From positions 207,096-271,095 of the forward strand of contig CAWCTR010000021.1 in assembly GCA_963798485.1 (NCBI GenBank): a stretch of DNA of 64,000 nt. The letters run 5' to 3'. This document shows, in pieces, positions 49,018 through 60,400 of the stretch. How positions within the stretch are numbered: the stretch's first letter is position 1; every line of letters starts with the position of its first letter. Under the pieces are notes generated by a model. The model was given only the letters and a program-made list of their open reading frames with translations, was not told the DNA's origin and made no database searches. Source of the stretch: an uncultured delta proteobacterium (lineage in GTDB: Bacteria; Desulfobacterota; Desulfomonilia; UBA1062). Made by a program: the position numbers and the translations under genes.

Positions 49018-49950
49018 CTACAGCCTTCCTTCCTGCTTGAGCTTGGCAATGATCTTCTGGATGGCCGGCAATGCCTCCATGGCTGCCTTTTCTCCCTCCA
49101 AGATTGCATCGTGACGCTTTTCCATTTCTGTTGATCCGATATTCTTCACATTGGGACGTATCACGATGTCTGCCTTCTTCACCTGAAAGGCGGCAATCTT
49201 GGAATACATGATGTCAACGGACTTCATCATGGTGTCCATGGTTCCCTGCGGCACATCGTTTGTTACGGCACCTGAGATGTCTACTGCAATTACCACATCG
49301 GCCCCGTATCGCCTTGCCACATCAACGGCAACAGGGCTGACAACTCCGCCATCCACATAGGTCTTCCCCCCGATCTTTTTCGGCTGGAATACACCCGGTA
49401 CGGAACAACTCGCCCGGACAGCCTCCCCTGTGTTGCCCTTTGCAAAGGCCACCTCTTCGCCGTTGGAAATATCTGTCGCAACGGCATAGAAGCGGATCTT
49501 CAATTTATCTATAGGGGTATTTTTCACGGTTTTGTTGATAAATGCTTCAAGTTTTTCCCCTTTTATGAATCCGTTATCAGGTATTGTATAGTCAATCACA
49601 TCACCCTTCTCCACCTTCATGGCTATGCTTTGAAGGGTGAAGGCATCGAATCCATAGGCATATAAGCTTCCGACTAAACTGCCGGCGCTTGTCCCAACGA
49701 TCATATGGATGGGGATCTTCTGGGTCTCAAGAACCTTTAAAACACCGATATGGGCAAAGCCCTTGGATGCACCGGCCCCGAGCACAACCGCGATCTTTGC
49801 GGGTTTTGGAGGGGGTGTTATCTCCTTTTTTATCTCCTTGGGTGCGCACGAAAGAAAGGCCAGGATACAAAATACCACTATGAAGGCATCGATCAACCTT
49901 CTGAACACATACGAAAAGCCCTTTTGATTATTCATATCTTTCATCTGCAT
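49018..49950 (-). CDS. Patatin-like phospholipase, lipoprotein
   Basis: GAGASKG, GTSAG, DGG; lipobox FLSC. Confidence 0.9.
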   Translation of the reverse strand: MQMKDMNNQKGFSYVFRRLIDAFIVVFCILAFLSCAPKEIKKEITPPPKPAKIAVVLGAGASKGFAHIGVLKVLETQKIPIHMIVGTSAGSLVGSLYAYGFDAFTLQSIAMKVEKGDVIDYTIPDNGFIKGEKLEAFINKTVKNTPIDKLKIRFYAVATDISNGEEVAFAKGNTGEAVRASCSVPGVFQPKKIGGKTYVDGGVVSPVAVDVARRYGADVVIAVDISGAVTNDVPQGTMDTMMKSVDIMYSKIAAFQVKKADIVIRPNVKNIGSTEMEKRHDAILEGEKAAMEALPAIQKIIAKLKQEGRL

Positions 49951-50079
49951 ACCTTCTCAATAAATTTTGCCTGGGTTATTACCTATAGGATAGCCAAAGG
50001 TCAAGCACTCTGATGATGGGTATCATTTCATTTGACTGACCTTTCAAGACCTGGCAATAAAATCCCGAAATCTTCTTTT

Positions 50080-50499
50080 ATGAACACTGCAATGAAAAGA
50101 CCCGGGTCAGGTAAAACCTTACGAACAAGTATCTTGGCAGTATTCATCTTCATTGCCATTCTGCTCTCCCTCCGACTCTATTGGATTCAGCCCGGCTCGT
50201 GCTATAAGCCTGTGACCTATCATATCGGTTCCATTGATCCTCGGTTCGGACTGAGTAACCAGGAAGTTGAAGAGGCGGTAAGAACGGCGGTTTCCGTCTG
50301 GTGTAAGGCGTCGAACGGTGAGCTCTTCCGGGAAGAACCCCAAGGCCGCCTTGAAATCAACTTTGTCTATGATTATCGCCAGGCAGCTGCAGACAAACTC
50401 AGAAAAATCAGTGGAAATATTGATGACACAAAAGGAGACTATGATGCCCTTAAGGCACATATTGAAGTCCTGGATGCGGAGTTAAAACAGTGTAAATAA
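50080..50499 (+). pseudogene. N-terminal fragment of a matrixin-like exported protein
   Basis: TM, then CYKPVTYHIGSIDPRFGLS...INFVYDYRQ and the start of a coiled coil; no HExxH before the stop. Confidence 0.5.
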
Positions 50500-50536
50500 A
50501 CCCTTAAGATAAAAAGCGGCTTCAGCCTTCAATAGG

Positions 50537-51091
50537 CTATTCTTCCTTGAAGATATCTTGAAATCTTTTTCGAAATCCGCCTTCTTCAGACAAAATATCA
50601 AATTCATCAAGCCAGGATCGTATATAATATATATCAATATCAGCATTCCGTAACAGGATAGACCTTGCATCTTCAATGTCACGCGGTCTGCCGGCGAATA
50701 TCTTATGGATTATAACATCCTCAGGCGATGCAAAGCATACCTCCGCATCTTGTATTTGTATCTTATTTACTCTTGTAATTGCCTGGGTTTCATAAGGGGT
50801 AAAGGAAAAAATAAAATCGATCCTTATTCCTGTTTCCTCATGCAGGCAGGGAAGCACCATGGTATCGAGAACAAATTTCTTTATTTCATTGGGCAGTGCT
50901 CTGAGTGAGAGCTCATCGGCAATCTGAAGCATTTCATCAATGCGGTTGGTGTCGATCCCAAGGGTGATGTCGATATCTCTTGTAACGCGCGGCTCACCAT
51001 AGAGGAGAACGGCCTGCCCTCCTATGATCATGTATGGAATAGAATGTCTGAGAAGAACCCTGCCTAAGGCTGCGAGGATTTTTTCGAACAT
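50537..51091 (-). CDS. Nucleotidyltransferase-fold protein (TA-like)
   Basis: YMIIGGQAV, RVTRDIDI, SPEDVIIHK...RPRDIED. Confidence 0.8.
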   Translation of the reverse strand: MFEKILAALGRVLLRHSIPYMIIGGQAVLLYGEPRVTRDIDITLGIDTNRIDEMLQIADELSLRALPNEIKKFVLDTMVLPCLHEETGIRIDFIFSFTPYETQAITRVNKIQIQDAEVCFASPEDVIIHKIFAGRPRDIEDARSILLRNADIDIYYIRSWLDEFDILSEEGGFRKRFQDIFKEE

Positions 51092-51324
51092 GAATTAAGC
51101 ACCTTTGCCAAACGGATGTCGACTTCAATACCCGTAAGGGGATCTTTCCCGGGAAATATTCCAAGCATCTTTCCCTCCAGCCAAAGAGAGGAGACTATTT
51201 TCATTGCTCTTGCATAAGGAATTCTCCCCTCATTCCGGGCAAAATCATCTTCGAATTTTCTCAGGATATCCGGGCGTCTGACCATTATATACTTCCTTAT
51301 TTTTTCATTAACTAAGTATACCAT
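51064..51324 (-). CDS. Small partner protein of the nucleotidyltransferase (putative antitoxin or toxin)
   Basis: Overlaps the NTase start; small basic protein; start could instead be MVRRPD. Confidence 0.6.
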   Translation of the reverse strand: MVYLVNEKIRKYIMVRRPDILRKFEDDFARNEGRIPYARAMKIVSSLWLEGKMLGIFPGKDPLTGIEVDIRLAKVLNSCSKKSSQP

Positions 51325-51357
51325 GATTAAAGGCTAATGGGAAACAAAGGCATTGAT

Positions 51358-51389
51358 AAAAAAGGCGACGATTTTCATCGCCGCCTTTT
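51358..51389 (-). terminator. Rho-independent terminator downstream of glnA
   Basis: Minus strand GGCGGCGAT-GAAA-ATCGTCGCC-TTTTTT. Confidence 0.8.
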
Positions 51390-51438
51390 ACTTGATGATA
51401 TCCTTATGGATTTTACGTATGCACGTTAGCAGAATCCT

Positions 51439-51504
51439 CTAGCTGATGAAGAGCATCTCCCAATACTTGGGCGCCGGCCACAGCTCATTGTCAACGTCAT
51501 GCTC
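51439..51504 (-). pseudogene. C-terminal relic of a type III glutamine synthetase (glnN)
   Basis: Translates EHDVDNELWPAPKYWEMLFIS*, matching the GSIII terminal WPxPxYxE(M/L)LF motif. Confidence 0.7.
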
Positions 51505-51528
51505 ATGCGACAGATCAGATATTAACTT

Positions 51529-52953
51529 CTATATATCGTAGTAAAGAGAAAACTCGTATGGATGCGGACGCAGGTCCATGGCTTCCACTTCATCTTTCAT
51601 TTTGTATTCCAGCCAGGTTTCAATGACATCCTTGGTAAAGACATCTTCCTTCAGCAGGAATTTATGATCCTTGGCCAAGTGATTCAAAGCTTCGCGCAGG
51701 GAGCCAGGCGTTGTGGGAACTTTAGCCGCTTCCTCCGGAGGCAGTTCATATATATTTGTATCCAGAGGTTTGCCCGGATCGATCTTGTTTTGAATACCAT
51801 CTGCAACAGCCATGGCAATAGCCGCAAAAGCCAGGTAAGGATTACAGGATGGATCGGGACAGCGGAATTCAAGACGCTTGGTACTTGGGTTAGTGGAATA
51901 CATGGGTATGCGAATTGCGGCGCTGCGATTTCTCTTGGAATAAGCAAGGTTGACCGGTGCTTCATACCCCGGCACCAATCTCTTGTAGCTGTTGGTGGTG
52001 GGGCTGGTGAATGCCAATAACGCCGGTGCGTGTTTTAATATTCCACCTATAGCGAGCATGGCCATCTCCGAAAGCCCTGCATAGCCCTTACCCGCAAACA
52101 TGTTCTTCCCGCCTTTCCAAAGGGAAACGTGGACATGCATTCCACTGCCGTTGTCAGCAAACAATGGCTTTGGCATGAATGTAACGGTCTTGTTGTATTT
52201 CTTGGCGGTATTTTTGATGACATATTTATATTTCAGCAGATTATCTGCCATTTCGACCAAAGGGGCAAAACGCATATCTATTTCTGCCTGACCGGCGGTG
52301 GCGACTTCATGGTGATGCGCCTCAATTCGAATCCCGATATCTTGCAGGTTAATCACCATTTCGCTGCGTAAATCCTGCTGGCTGTCATTGGGCGGAACGG
52401 GGAAATAGCCTTCCTTGTGCCGAATTTTGTAACCTAAATTGGGGTTCTCCACGCGGCCTGTGTTCCATTTTCCTTCCACCGAATCAATATGATAGTAGCC
52501 CTCATTAGAGTTCTGATCATAGCGCACATCGTCAAAAATAAAGAATTCCGCCTCCGGACCAAAGTAGAGCGTATCAGCCAATCCCAGTGATTTTACATAC
52601 TGGACGGCTTTCTGAGCTATATGACGCGGATCTCTGGAGTATTGTTTTCCAGTAATAGGATCCCAGATATCACAAATCATGACCAGTGTTTTTACCTGGG
52701 TAAACGGATCAATAAAAGCTGTTGAAGGGATGGGCTTTAAAAGCATATCGGATTCATTAATCGCCTGCCAACCTCGAATGCTGGAACCGTCGAATCCAAG
52801 ACCGCTTTTAAAAACATCCTCGTCTATCTCGCTTATCGGATAACTGCAGTGTTGCCAGAGACCGGGAAAATCCATGAATCTTAAATCGACTATTTGAATG
52901 CCCTCTTTCTTGATCAATTCAAGTACATTTTTCGGTGTTTTTATTTCCATCAT
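51529..52953 (-). CDS. glnA: Glutamine synthetase type I
   Basis: [33 protein letters not shown], adenylylation loop NIYEL. Confidence 0.97.
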   Translation of the reverse strand: MMEIKTPKNVLELIKKEGIQIVDLRFMDFPGLWQHCSYPISEIDEDVFKSGLGFDGSSIRGWQAINESDMLLKPIPSTAFIDPFTQVKTLVMICDIWDPITGKQYSRDPRHIAQKAVQYVKSLGLADTLYFGPEAEFFIFDDVRYDQNSNEGYYHIDSVEGKWNTGRVENPNLGYKIRHKEGYFPVPPNDSQQDLRSEMVINLQDIGIRIEAHHHEVATAGQAEIDMRFAPLVEMADNLLKYKYVIKNTAKKYNKTVTFMPKPLFADNGSGMHVHVSLWKGGKNMFAGKGYAGLSEMAMLAIGGILKHAPALLAFTSPTTNSYKRLVPGYEAPVNLAYSKRNRSAAIRIPMYSTNPSTKRLEFRCPDPSCNPYLAFAAIAMAVADGIQNKIDPGKPLDTNIYELPPEEAAKVPTTPGSLREALNHLAKDHKFLLKEDVFTKDVIETWLEYKMKDEVEAMDLRPHPYEFSLYYDI

Positions 52954-53120
52954 CCATATCTCCTTTTAAGATATTTTCAGTCCTCGTTTTTCGGTACATT
53001 AGATTGTCATCAGCTCAAAACAGTAGCTATGTAATAGCTTAAGGGCCTCCCCCGCCGTCCGGCCTGTTGTCTGATCTGAATGCTGCAAATCCCCCTTTCG
53101 TTTCATGTGCTTATTCTCTG

Positions 53121-53137
53121 AGCAAGGATGGTGCCAA
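53121..53137 (-). promoter_or_regulatory. Sigma-54 promoter of glnA
   Basis: TTGGCAC-CATCC-TTGCT, an exact -24/-12 consensus. Confidence 0.85.
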
Positions 53138-53312
53138 ATCCCGAATCTAATATTGTATTGTTTTTATTAGTTTATTATTATTTGTCAGCGGAGTAAATTG
53201 AACAATATTGAATCATTTCAAATGAGATTAATCATTTTCGTGCCTCTCATGCCTGAGGTGTTTTCACACACGCTATCCCAAAGCGCGTGTGTTCCTCGTA
53301 GGGACGCAGTCA

Positions 53313-53342
53313 GTAGGTTGGGTTGAGGAACGAAACCCAACA
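53313..53342 (+). repeat. REP element of the same family as the RAYT flanks
   Basis: GTAGGTTGGGTTGAGGAACGAAACCCAACA. Confidence 0.8.
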
Positions 53343-53343
53343 C

Positions 53344-53729
53344 ATGCGCGGCAGCAGCGCGAAATTGATTCTCTGGAACAATGCCCTGGTGAATGCCCTT
53401 TCCACACGGACCGTTGCTGAGTCGTACGCTGATACAATCTGGTGGGGCGTCTGGTGGAGAATGCCTTGGGTGCGCACCTGTGCAATATCCTGAATTCCGT
53501 GGAATACAGCCTTACCTACTGGCGCGAGGGCGCACACGAGGTTGATTTCGTGGTCTCACGGGGGCAAGATGACTGGGCCATCGAGGTTAAAAGCGGCCGC
53601 AGGGGCAAGGCCTCGGGCCTGGCCCGTTTTCGCAGCCGCTATCCTGAAGCGCGTGTACTCCTCGTAGGAGCTCAGGGAATCCCACTGGAAACATTTTTCA
53701 GCATTGAGCCGACTGCATGGTTGGTTTAA
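53344..53729 (+). pseudogene. C-terminal fragment of an AAA+ ATPase/DUF4143 protein, frameshifted near 53445
   Basis: RGSSAKLILWNNALV...WW, then GRLVENALG...YWRE..EVDFV..AIEVKSG. Confidence 0.7.
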
Positions 53730-54002
53730 GCGCCATGGTATGTCCGCTTTATGAAAAAATGTGCACGATTTTACGACGCTATGAAGCCATCGGCAGACCG
53801 CTTGGGGATGCGCCCTTCGTGAAAAGCTCGAACTGGTTCTTGGAAAAAATCCAACAAAAGCTTAAACATTATTTTTTTAGGTCAAAAATCGGATTCTAAG
53901 CTTAAATATGGCCTATTTTATAACCACTTTCACCATCATTACAATTACTTAACTCGGTCCGACCCCGGTACGATTCACCCGGTACGATTACGATTGCATA
54001 CT

Positions 54003-54299
54003 CTACGCTGGTGCACGCTCTGGAAAACGCGTCACCTTGATGTTGCCAGCGCGCTGCTCGGCGTGCCAGAGATCATAGTGCAATTGCAGCTGCAGCCAGG
54101 TCTCGGGACTACTCCCGAAGGCCTTGGACAGACGAATCGCCATTTCCGGCGACACGCCGCTATGTCCGTTCACCAACTCGGACAATGCCTTACGCGTGAC
54201 GCCGAGCCCCTTTGCCGCCGCCGTGATCGTCAGACCAAGCGGCTCAAGGCACTGATCGAGGATAATTTCACCAGGGTGCGGCGGGTTGTGCATCTTCAT
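54003..54299 (-). CDS. higA: HigA-family antitoxin
   Basis: [44 protein letters not shown]. Confidence 0.92.
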   Translation of the reverse strand: MKMHNPPHPGEIILDQCLEPLGLTITAAAKGLGVTRKALSELVNGHSGVSPEMAIRLSKAFGSSPETWLQLQLHYDLWHAEQRAGNIKVTRFPERAPA

Positions 54300-54320
54300 G
54301 AGCTCCTTCCTTTCAAGCGG

Positions 54321-54598
54321 TCAGTGGTAATCAAGAAGATCGACGTTTGTGGCGTTCTCGGCCTCGAACTCAAACACGATCCGCAAATTACCCGTTACGG
54401 ACACCGCCCACTGCCCTTTGCGCTCGCCCTTCATGGGATGGAGCCGAAACCCTGGCAGATTCATGTCGGCTGGTTCCCGGCAACGTTCAGAAAGGCGAGA
54501 ACCTGCTGAAGTTTCCGCACATGCTGTGCGGATACCCCGCTTGTGTCCCCTTTCGTGAACAGCTTCTCTAAGCCCTTATGACGGAAGCGAACGATCAT
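54321..54598 (-). pseudogene. higB: HigB/RelE-family toxin with 1-nt frameshift near 54479
   Basis: MIVRFRHKGLEKLF...FLNVA, then in a shifted frame EPADMNLPGFRLHPMKGERKGQWAVSVTGNLRIVFEF...VDLLDYH*. Confidence 0.82.
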
Positions 54599-54811
54599 TT
54601 AACACCTATAACGTTACGGGTTACACCAGTCAAGTCTCATCATACATATTTATCTGTCTTGACCCTTTGATAATGTCCCCTTGGAAAAATTGATAGAAAA
54701 GGTATCCGGCAAAGGCCTGGTAATTTCAATTTGCGAACAAGCATTACCTTTTCCTGACCATGCACCCGGATTAGGTATTGTCATCCCACCCGGGCTTGTA
54801 CTAGAGGTCCG

Positions 54812-56638
54812 GTGATGACACCCATAGAACTTCTATCGCCTGCAAAAGACCTTGAATGCGGCAAGGCAGCCATTGATAATGGCGCCGATGCGGTCTACAT
54901 CGGCGGGCCGTCCTTTGGCGCACGGGCCGCTGCCGGGAATTCTTTTGCGGACATCGAAGGGCTTGCCCGCTATGCCCACCGATTCCTTGCAAAGGTGTAT
55001 CTTACGCTCAACACCATCCTCTTTGATGACGAGCTGGACTCTGCCCGGATGATTGCTCGCCAAGCCTGGGATGCAGGGGTGGATGCCCTGATCATCCAGG
55101 ATATGGGCCTTTTAGAGCTTGATCTGCCTCCGCTTTCCCTTATTGCCAGCACCCAGATGCACAATGCGGATGTTGCCCATATCCGGTTTCTGGAACAGGT
55201 GGGGTTCAGGCGCGTCATACTGGCCCGTGAGCTTACTCTGCCGCAGATCCGCGAGATCCGGAGCAGCACAACAATAGAACTAGAGGCCTTTGTGCATGGT
55301 GCGTTGTGCGTGGGCTACAGCGGCCGTTGCTACCTGAGCGCCTCGCTTGGAGGCCGCAGTGCCAACCGCGGGGCCTGCGGCCAGCCCTGCCGGCTGCCCT
55401 GGACCCTTATTGATGCCGACGGCAATGTGCTTGAACACAACCGCTACCTCTTAAGCCTCAAGGACATGAACCGCTCCTCGTGCCTGGTTGACCTGATCGA
55501 ATCAGGCGTCACTGCCTTCAAGATCGAGGGCAGGCTCAAGGACACAAGCTATGTGAGAAATGTCACGGCCTTTTACCGCACCCTGCTGGATAAAATAATC
55601 GAGAACCGGCCCGATCTCAAGCAAGCCTCCAGCGGCCGTACTGAAATACCCTTTACCCCCGACCCTTCCAAGACCTTCTGCCGGGGCGCCACCACCTATT
55701 TTATGAACGGCCAGGCGGATGATATCTGGTCGCCCGATACGCCCAAGTCCATGGGCGAAGAAATCGGCACGGTCATGAAATGCGGAACTGACTGGTTCGA
55801 ACTCGCAAAAGGCTCTTTAGAGATCAATGCCGGAGACGGCCTGTGCTTTTTTGATGAGAAGAGAGAGCTCCAGGGCCTGCAGGTAATCAAGGTGATTGAC
55901 CGGCGCACACAGGTGCACCTGTCAACAGGCGGGCTTAAGCCGGGTATGACGATATTCCGCAATCGGGACCATCAGTTTCTCAAACTCTTGGATTCCAAGG
56001 CCTCAGTACGGAGGCTCGCCCTCACCATGACCTTTCGGGAAATCCCCGACGGCTTCGTGCTTGAGGGCATTGATGAAGACGGAATCCATGGCAAGGTTAC
56101 TCTCCTTACTGACAAGAACCCTGCTGAGAAACCCGAGGCCGCTGTCATGACCATGAAAAAGCAGCTCTCCAAGCTGAACGACAGCATGTTCTCTCTCGCG
56201 TCCCTGAACCTGAAAACCAGGCCCTATTTCCTCCGTGCATCAGAGCTCAACCAGCTGCGCCGGGACCTTGTCTTTCAACTGGAAAACAATCGTGAGCAGA
56301 CATACATGCGCATAACGTCCCGATCAGTTCCGGGCAGCTTCGACCCCTACCCTGTTTTCGAGCTGGACTACAGCTATAACGTCAGCAACCATGCAACCCG
56401 AAGGTTCTATGAAAAACACGGCGTGACTGCCATTGAACCGGCCTTTGAGCTGCAGCCACCCCTTAAGGGGACTGTGGTCATGAGGACAAGGCACTGCCTG
56501 CGCAGATGTCTGAATGCCTGCACCCAAAAGAAGAACCGGGTTTCTCTTGTAGAACCCCTGTATATTGAGAACGCGCTCCGGCGCTTCCGCCTTGTTTTTG
56601 ACTGCCGAAACTGTGTTATGCTTATTGTCAGGGATTGA
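54812..56638 (+). CDS. U32-family protein (RlhA/YdcP-like RNA hydroxylase)
   Basis: ELLSPA, GADAVYIG, HGALCVGYSGRC, NRGACGQPCR, KIEGR. Confidence 0.88.
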   Translation: MMTPIELLSPAKDLECGKAAIDNGADAVYIGGPSFGARAAAGNSFADIEGLARYAHRFLAKVYLTLNTILFDDELDSARMIARQAWDAGVDALIIQDMGLLELDLPPLSLIASTQMHNADVAHIRFLEQVGFRRVILARELTLPQIREIRSSTTIELEAFVHGALCVGYSGRCYLSASLGGRSANRGACGQPCRLPWTLIDADGNVLEHNRYLLSLKDMNRSSCLVDLIESGVTAFKIEGRLKDTSYVRNVTAFYRTLLDKIIENRPDLKQASSGRTEIPFTPDPSKTFCRGATTYFMNGQADDIWSPDTPKSMGEEIGTVMKCGTDWFELAKGSLEINAGDGLCFFDEKRELQGLQVIKVIDRRTQVHLSTGGLKPGMTIFRNRDHQFLKLLDSKASVRRLALTMTFREIPDGFVLEGIDEDGIHGKVTLLTDKNPAEKPEAAVMTMKKQLSKLNDSMFSLASLNLKTRPYFLRASELNQLRRDLVFQLENNREQTYMRITSRSVPGSFDPYPVFELDYSYNVSNHATRRFYEKHGVTAIEPAFELQPPLKGTVVMRTRHCLRRCLNACTQKKNRVSLVEPLYIENALRRFRLVFDCRNCVMLIVRD

Positions 56639-56740
56639 TGCAATGCACAGATAGATGGAGTATTTTTGCTCCAGGATCGAGGACCGAGGAAAGGAAGCTC
56701 ATGGGCGTATTCCCCCGTTCATGATTACTGACTTTCCCTA

Positions 56741-57451
56741 TCACTGAAATATTTTCTCAACTCCCGCCCTGTCAGCCCAGATGAGATCGGTATCCTCGTA
56801 GAGTCCTTTCATCCTCTGCCCGATAAGTAGCCTTTTTTTCTCAAACTCGTCTTCATCAAGATCCGTCGGGATGTAAACAGGCTCACCGAACCGAATGAGA
56901 ACCCGGGAAAATGGCTTGGGGACCATGAATCTGTCCCAGCTCCTGAAAGTCCATTTCCTCTGTGAAGAGGTGATCGTAGGAACAATGGCCATGCCGGAGA
57001 CCTGAGCGATTCTGAGCAGGCCTGGTTTCACCTCACCGAAAGGTCCTTTTGGCCCATCGACGATGTGGCCGATCTTGTACCCTTTCATTGCAAGTTCCTT
57101 GAGCTGCTGCAGGCCAACGCTGCCTCCTTTTGAAGAGGAACCCCTCACCGCTTGCCATCCGAGGATATTGACGATGTGTGAGGCAAATTCGCCGTCACGG
57201 CTCTGGCTGATGAGGATTGCAATGGGTCTGCGCGTGGCAAAGAACGTTATTCCGGGGAAAAACCTCTGGTGCCAGGATGCATAAATGATGCTGCCGTCCT
57301 TTTCAATACTGTTCTTTTCATTCTGTGGATCAACGATCCTGAGCCTGTAGGTCGAAGAGAGGATCTTAACGAGAAAAAGTCCCACATAAGGCAGGGCTGA
57401 ATGGTATAAGAAGTACTCAAATTTAATTTTCATTTGCCCATACTCCCTCAC
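56741..57451 (-). CDS. DUF374 lysophospholipid acyltransferase-family protein
   Basis: WHQR, SQSRDGE, RGSS, DGPKGP, SWDRFMVPKPF. Confidence 0.82.
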   Translation of the reverse strand: MREYGQMKIKFEYFLYHSALPYVGLFLVKILSSTYRLRIVDPQNEKNSIEKDGSIIYASWHQRFFPGITFFATRRPIAILISQSRDGEFASHIVNILGWQAVRGSSSKGGSVGLQQLKELAMKGYKIGHIVDGPKGPFGEVKPGLLRIAQVSGMAIVPTITSSQRKWTFRSWDRFMVPKPFSRVLIRFGEPVYIPTDLDEDEFEKKRLLIGQRMKGLYEDTDLIWADRAGVEKIFQ

Positions 57452-57477
57452 GGCATCACCGGAAATTCTCCAGGTCT

Positions 57478-60400
57478 TTATCCATGATCATACCCCTCCT
57501 TCTCCTGTTTATCCACGAGGTCATGGCCCTGTGAGCGCAGGTATGTTGCGAGCTGATAAAAGGCCAGGGGGACAATCCCGAGGGTCAGCAGGGTCGATAT
57601 GAGTGCCCCTGAAGGCATGGTTATGCCCAAGCCCCGAAGGATCGGGTCGAAATACAGCACCACCTCGCCTAAGATGACCGCCAGGGCTGTCAGGAGGATA
57701 GGCCGGAGGCGTATCTCGCACGCCTTAAGAACGGCCTCCTTGATGGGCATGCCGGAGGCGATACGGCTCCTGGCGAAATCCACGAGCAGGATGGAGTTGC
57801 GGATCACTATGCCGGCGAGCGCGATGATTCCCATGGTCCCTGGGCCGTCCAAAGGCTTGTTAAGGGCTATGTGTGCCGGTATGACGCCGATGATGACCAA
57901 GGGAATGGGGAGCATGATGATCACCGGGATCAGGAAGGAACGGTACCAGGCCACCAGGATGCAGTAGATGAGGAAGAGCACGACCAGGAAGGAGACGCCG
58001 AGGTCGGAAAACAGGTCCCTCTGGATCGACCACTCTCCCGCCCAAGATACTGCGTAGCTTCCTGTCTGTGATTTTTCATCACTCCAGATCACCTGGATGG
58101 GCTTCCCGCCCACGGTCTCCTTTTTCAGGAGCTTCGTGATGTCTGTTGCCGAGTAGTTCGGCCCGTCTCCGGTTACCACGCCTGTCACCATGACCACGGG
58201 TTCCAGGTCCTTGCGCAAAATGGGGTAAGGGCCCGCCACCCGCTTCATACTGCCGATCTCTGTTGCCGGAACCGGAGGCCCACCTGTCACGGGGGTGAAA
58301 GAGAGTGATCGTATGTCGGCAATACTTGATCGCCCTGCCCTGGCGAGCCGGACAATGATGGGCACGGGCTCCCGTTCATGGGGCAGGTTCGCCCATGAAC
58401 TTGAGTCCCCGGCGAACAGGGTCCGGACCGTACTCGCGGCCTGGGCCGCCACCACGCCCTGCACGGATGCCTTTTGCAGATCCACCTCATAGCGCAGTCT
58501 TTCCGTGCCGTGCCGGGCGGTCCAGTCTACGTCCACCACACCGGGCATGGTCCTGAAAATGGACATGACCCTGTGGGCAAGCGTAAGGCGTGTTTCGTCA
58601 TCGGGTCCGTACACCTCGGCCACGAGAGGGGCAAGGGTGGGAACACCCGGCGGCAGCTCCGCAACAACAAAGACCGTGTCCTTGCCGGACAGCACCGGCT
58701 GTATGAGCGGACGGATATCAGGCACTATTTCATGGCTTCTCCTGGACCTTTTTGTATTCGGCAGCAGCTGCACCTGTATCTCTGCATGAAAGGGCTCTTT
58801 CCTGAAATCATAGTGGCGCGCCAGGCCCTGGAAAGTGACCGGTGCAGAGGTGCCCACATAGACATTGCACGCAGTCACCTCCGGTATGGTTTTAAGTTTT
58901 TGTGCAGCATCCATGATAACAGGATATGCATCCTCCAGCTGGGTGGCAGGAGGCAGGTCGATCATAACGGAGACCTCATCGGCGTTGTCATACGGCATGG
59001 CCCTTACGATGGCGATACGGGCCTGAATCATGGCAACCATCGCAACAAAGAGGATAACCACCAGCACGTATGCCGCATACATGCGTTTCGGTTTTTCCAT
59101 GAACCAGGCAAGCAAGCGGCGGTAGTATGATATCAGGTTGTATTTTTGCCCGCTCCCTGGATCATGACCGGCCCGGTCTCCTTTGGTGGAGCCGGCAGGA
59201 AAGATTCTAAGGCAGAGGTAAGGGGTGACGGTAAAGGCGACAAAGAGCGAGAAGAGCATGCCGAGGCAGGCCCCCACAGGGAGCACCCGCAGGTACTGCC
59301 CCGCCATCCCGGTGACGAACGCGGTGGGCAGGAGTGCACAGATCACCATCAGGGTCGCCAGGATCGTGGGCGGGCCCACCTCCTGTACGGCATATGCAAC
59401 CACAAGGGGAGCTGTCTTAGCATTATCGCTGTGCCAGTGTCGGTAGATGATCTCGATGACCACTATGGAATCGTCGACAAGGAGCCCTATGGCAAAGACA
59501 ATTGATGCTAACGCTATGCGATTGAGCGTGAAGCCCGTGAGGTTATATATTATAGGAACAAAGATGATGGTCACGGGCAAGGCAACGGCCGTGATGATCC
59601 CTGCACGCCACCCCAGGGTGAAACCGATCAGTAAGATGGATATCACTATGGTTATGAGCATGTGCTTGTTCACCTCGGACAGCGTATGCTCGGCCTTTTC
59701 CCCCAGATCACGGGTAACGGACATGCGGATAGTAGCGGGGAGCAGGTCTTTTGCGAGCTTGTCCAGCGCCCTCCTCGCCTCGCGGGTGACCACGGTGACA
59801 TTCGAGCTGTCCACCTTCGTCACGGCCAACGTCACGGCCGGATATGCCGACCACCCCGTGTCACGGCCCATGCGTGATACATAGTCGCTCGCGTCTGCAA
59901 CGCCGTCCCGGACATTGGCCACATCCCGCAAATAAATCGGCCCGGCTGCGTTCGCACCCACGATAAGCAGCCCGGTATCCGCCGCCGATTGCAAAAAGGC
60001 CCCTGCCTCGATGTTCAGCACCCCTTCATGGCCGGAGATCGATCCGGCCGGCAGGCGTAAATTTGCAGCCTGGACGGCCTGGACCACCCGGTCTGCTGCG
60101 ATACCGCGCTCTGCCATGCGCCTCGCATCGAGTTCCACGAGGAATGATCGCGACTGGCCTCCGATGATATCGACCCGTGACACATTGGGTATGCGCCGCA
60201 GCTCTGCTGCCATCTCCGAGGCGATCTTCCTCAGTATCTGTGATCCCTCGGTGTCTGACCACAGGCTTACCGCCATCGAGGGTACTTCAGCTATGCCCCT
60301 GGGCTTGACCAATGGGGCACTGACACCCGGGGGGAGCTGGTCCATGTTGGCATAGAGTCTGTCATACAGCTGGGTGAGCGCCTTCTCCCTGGGCACCCCC

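Noticed and set aside
52954-53120. glnA leader peptide or glutamine riboswitch
   Set aside because: A 31-codon ORF exists but has no clear RBS or Gln enrichment, and I could not recognise a riboswitch fold; an Rfam scan would settle it.
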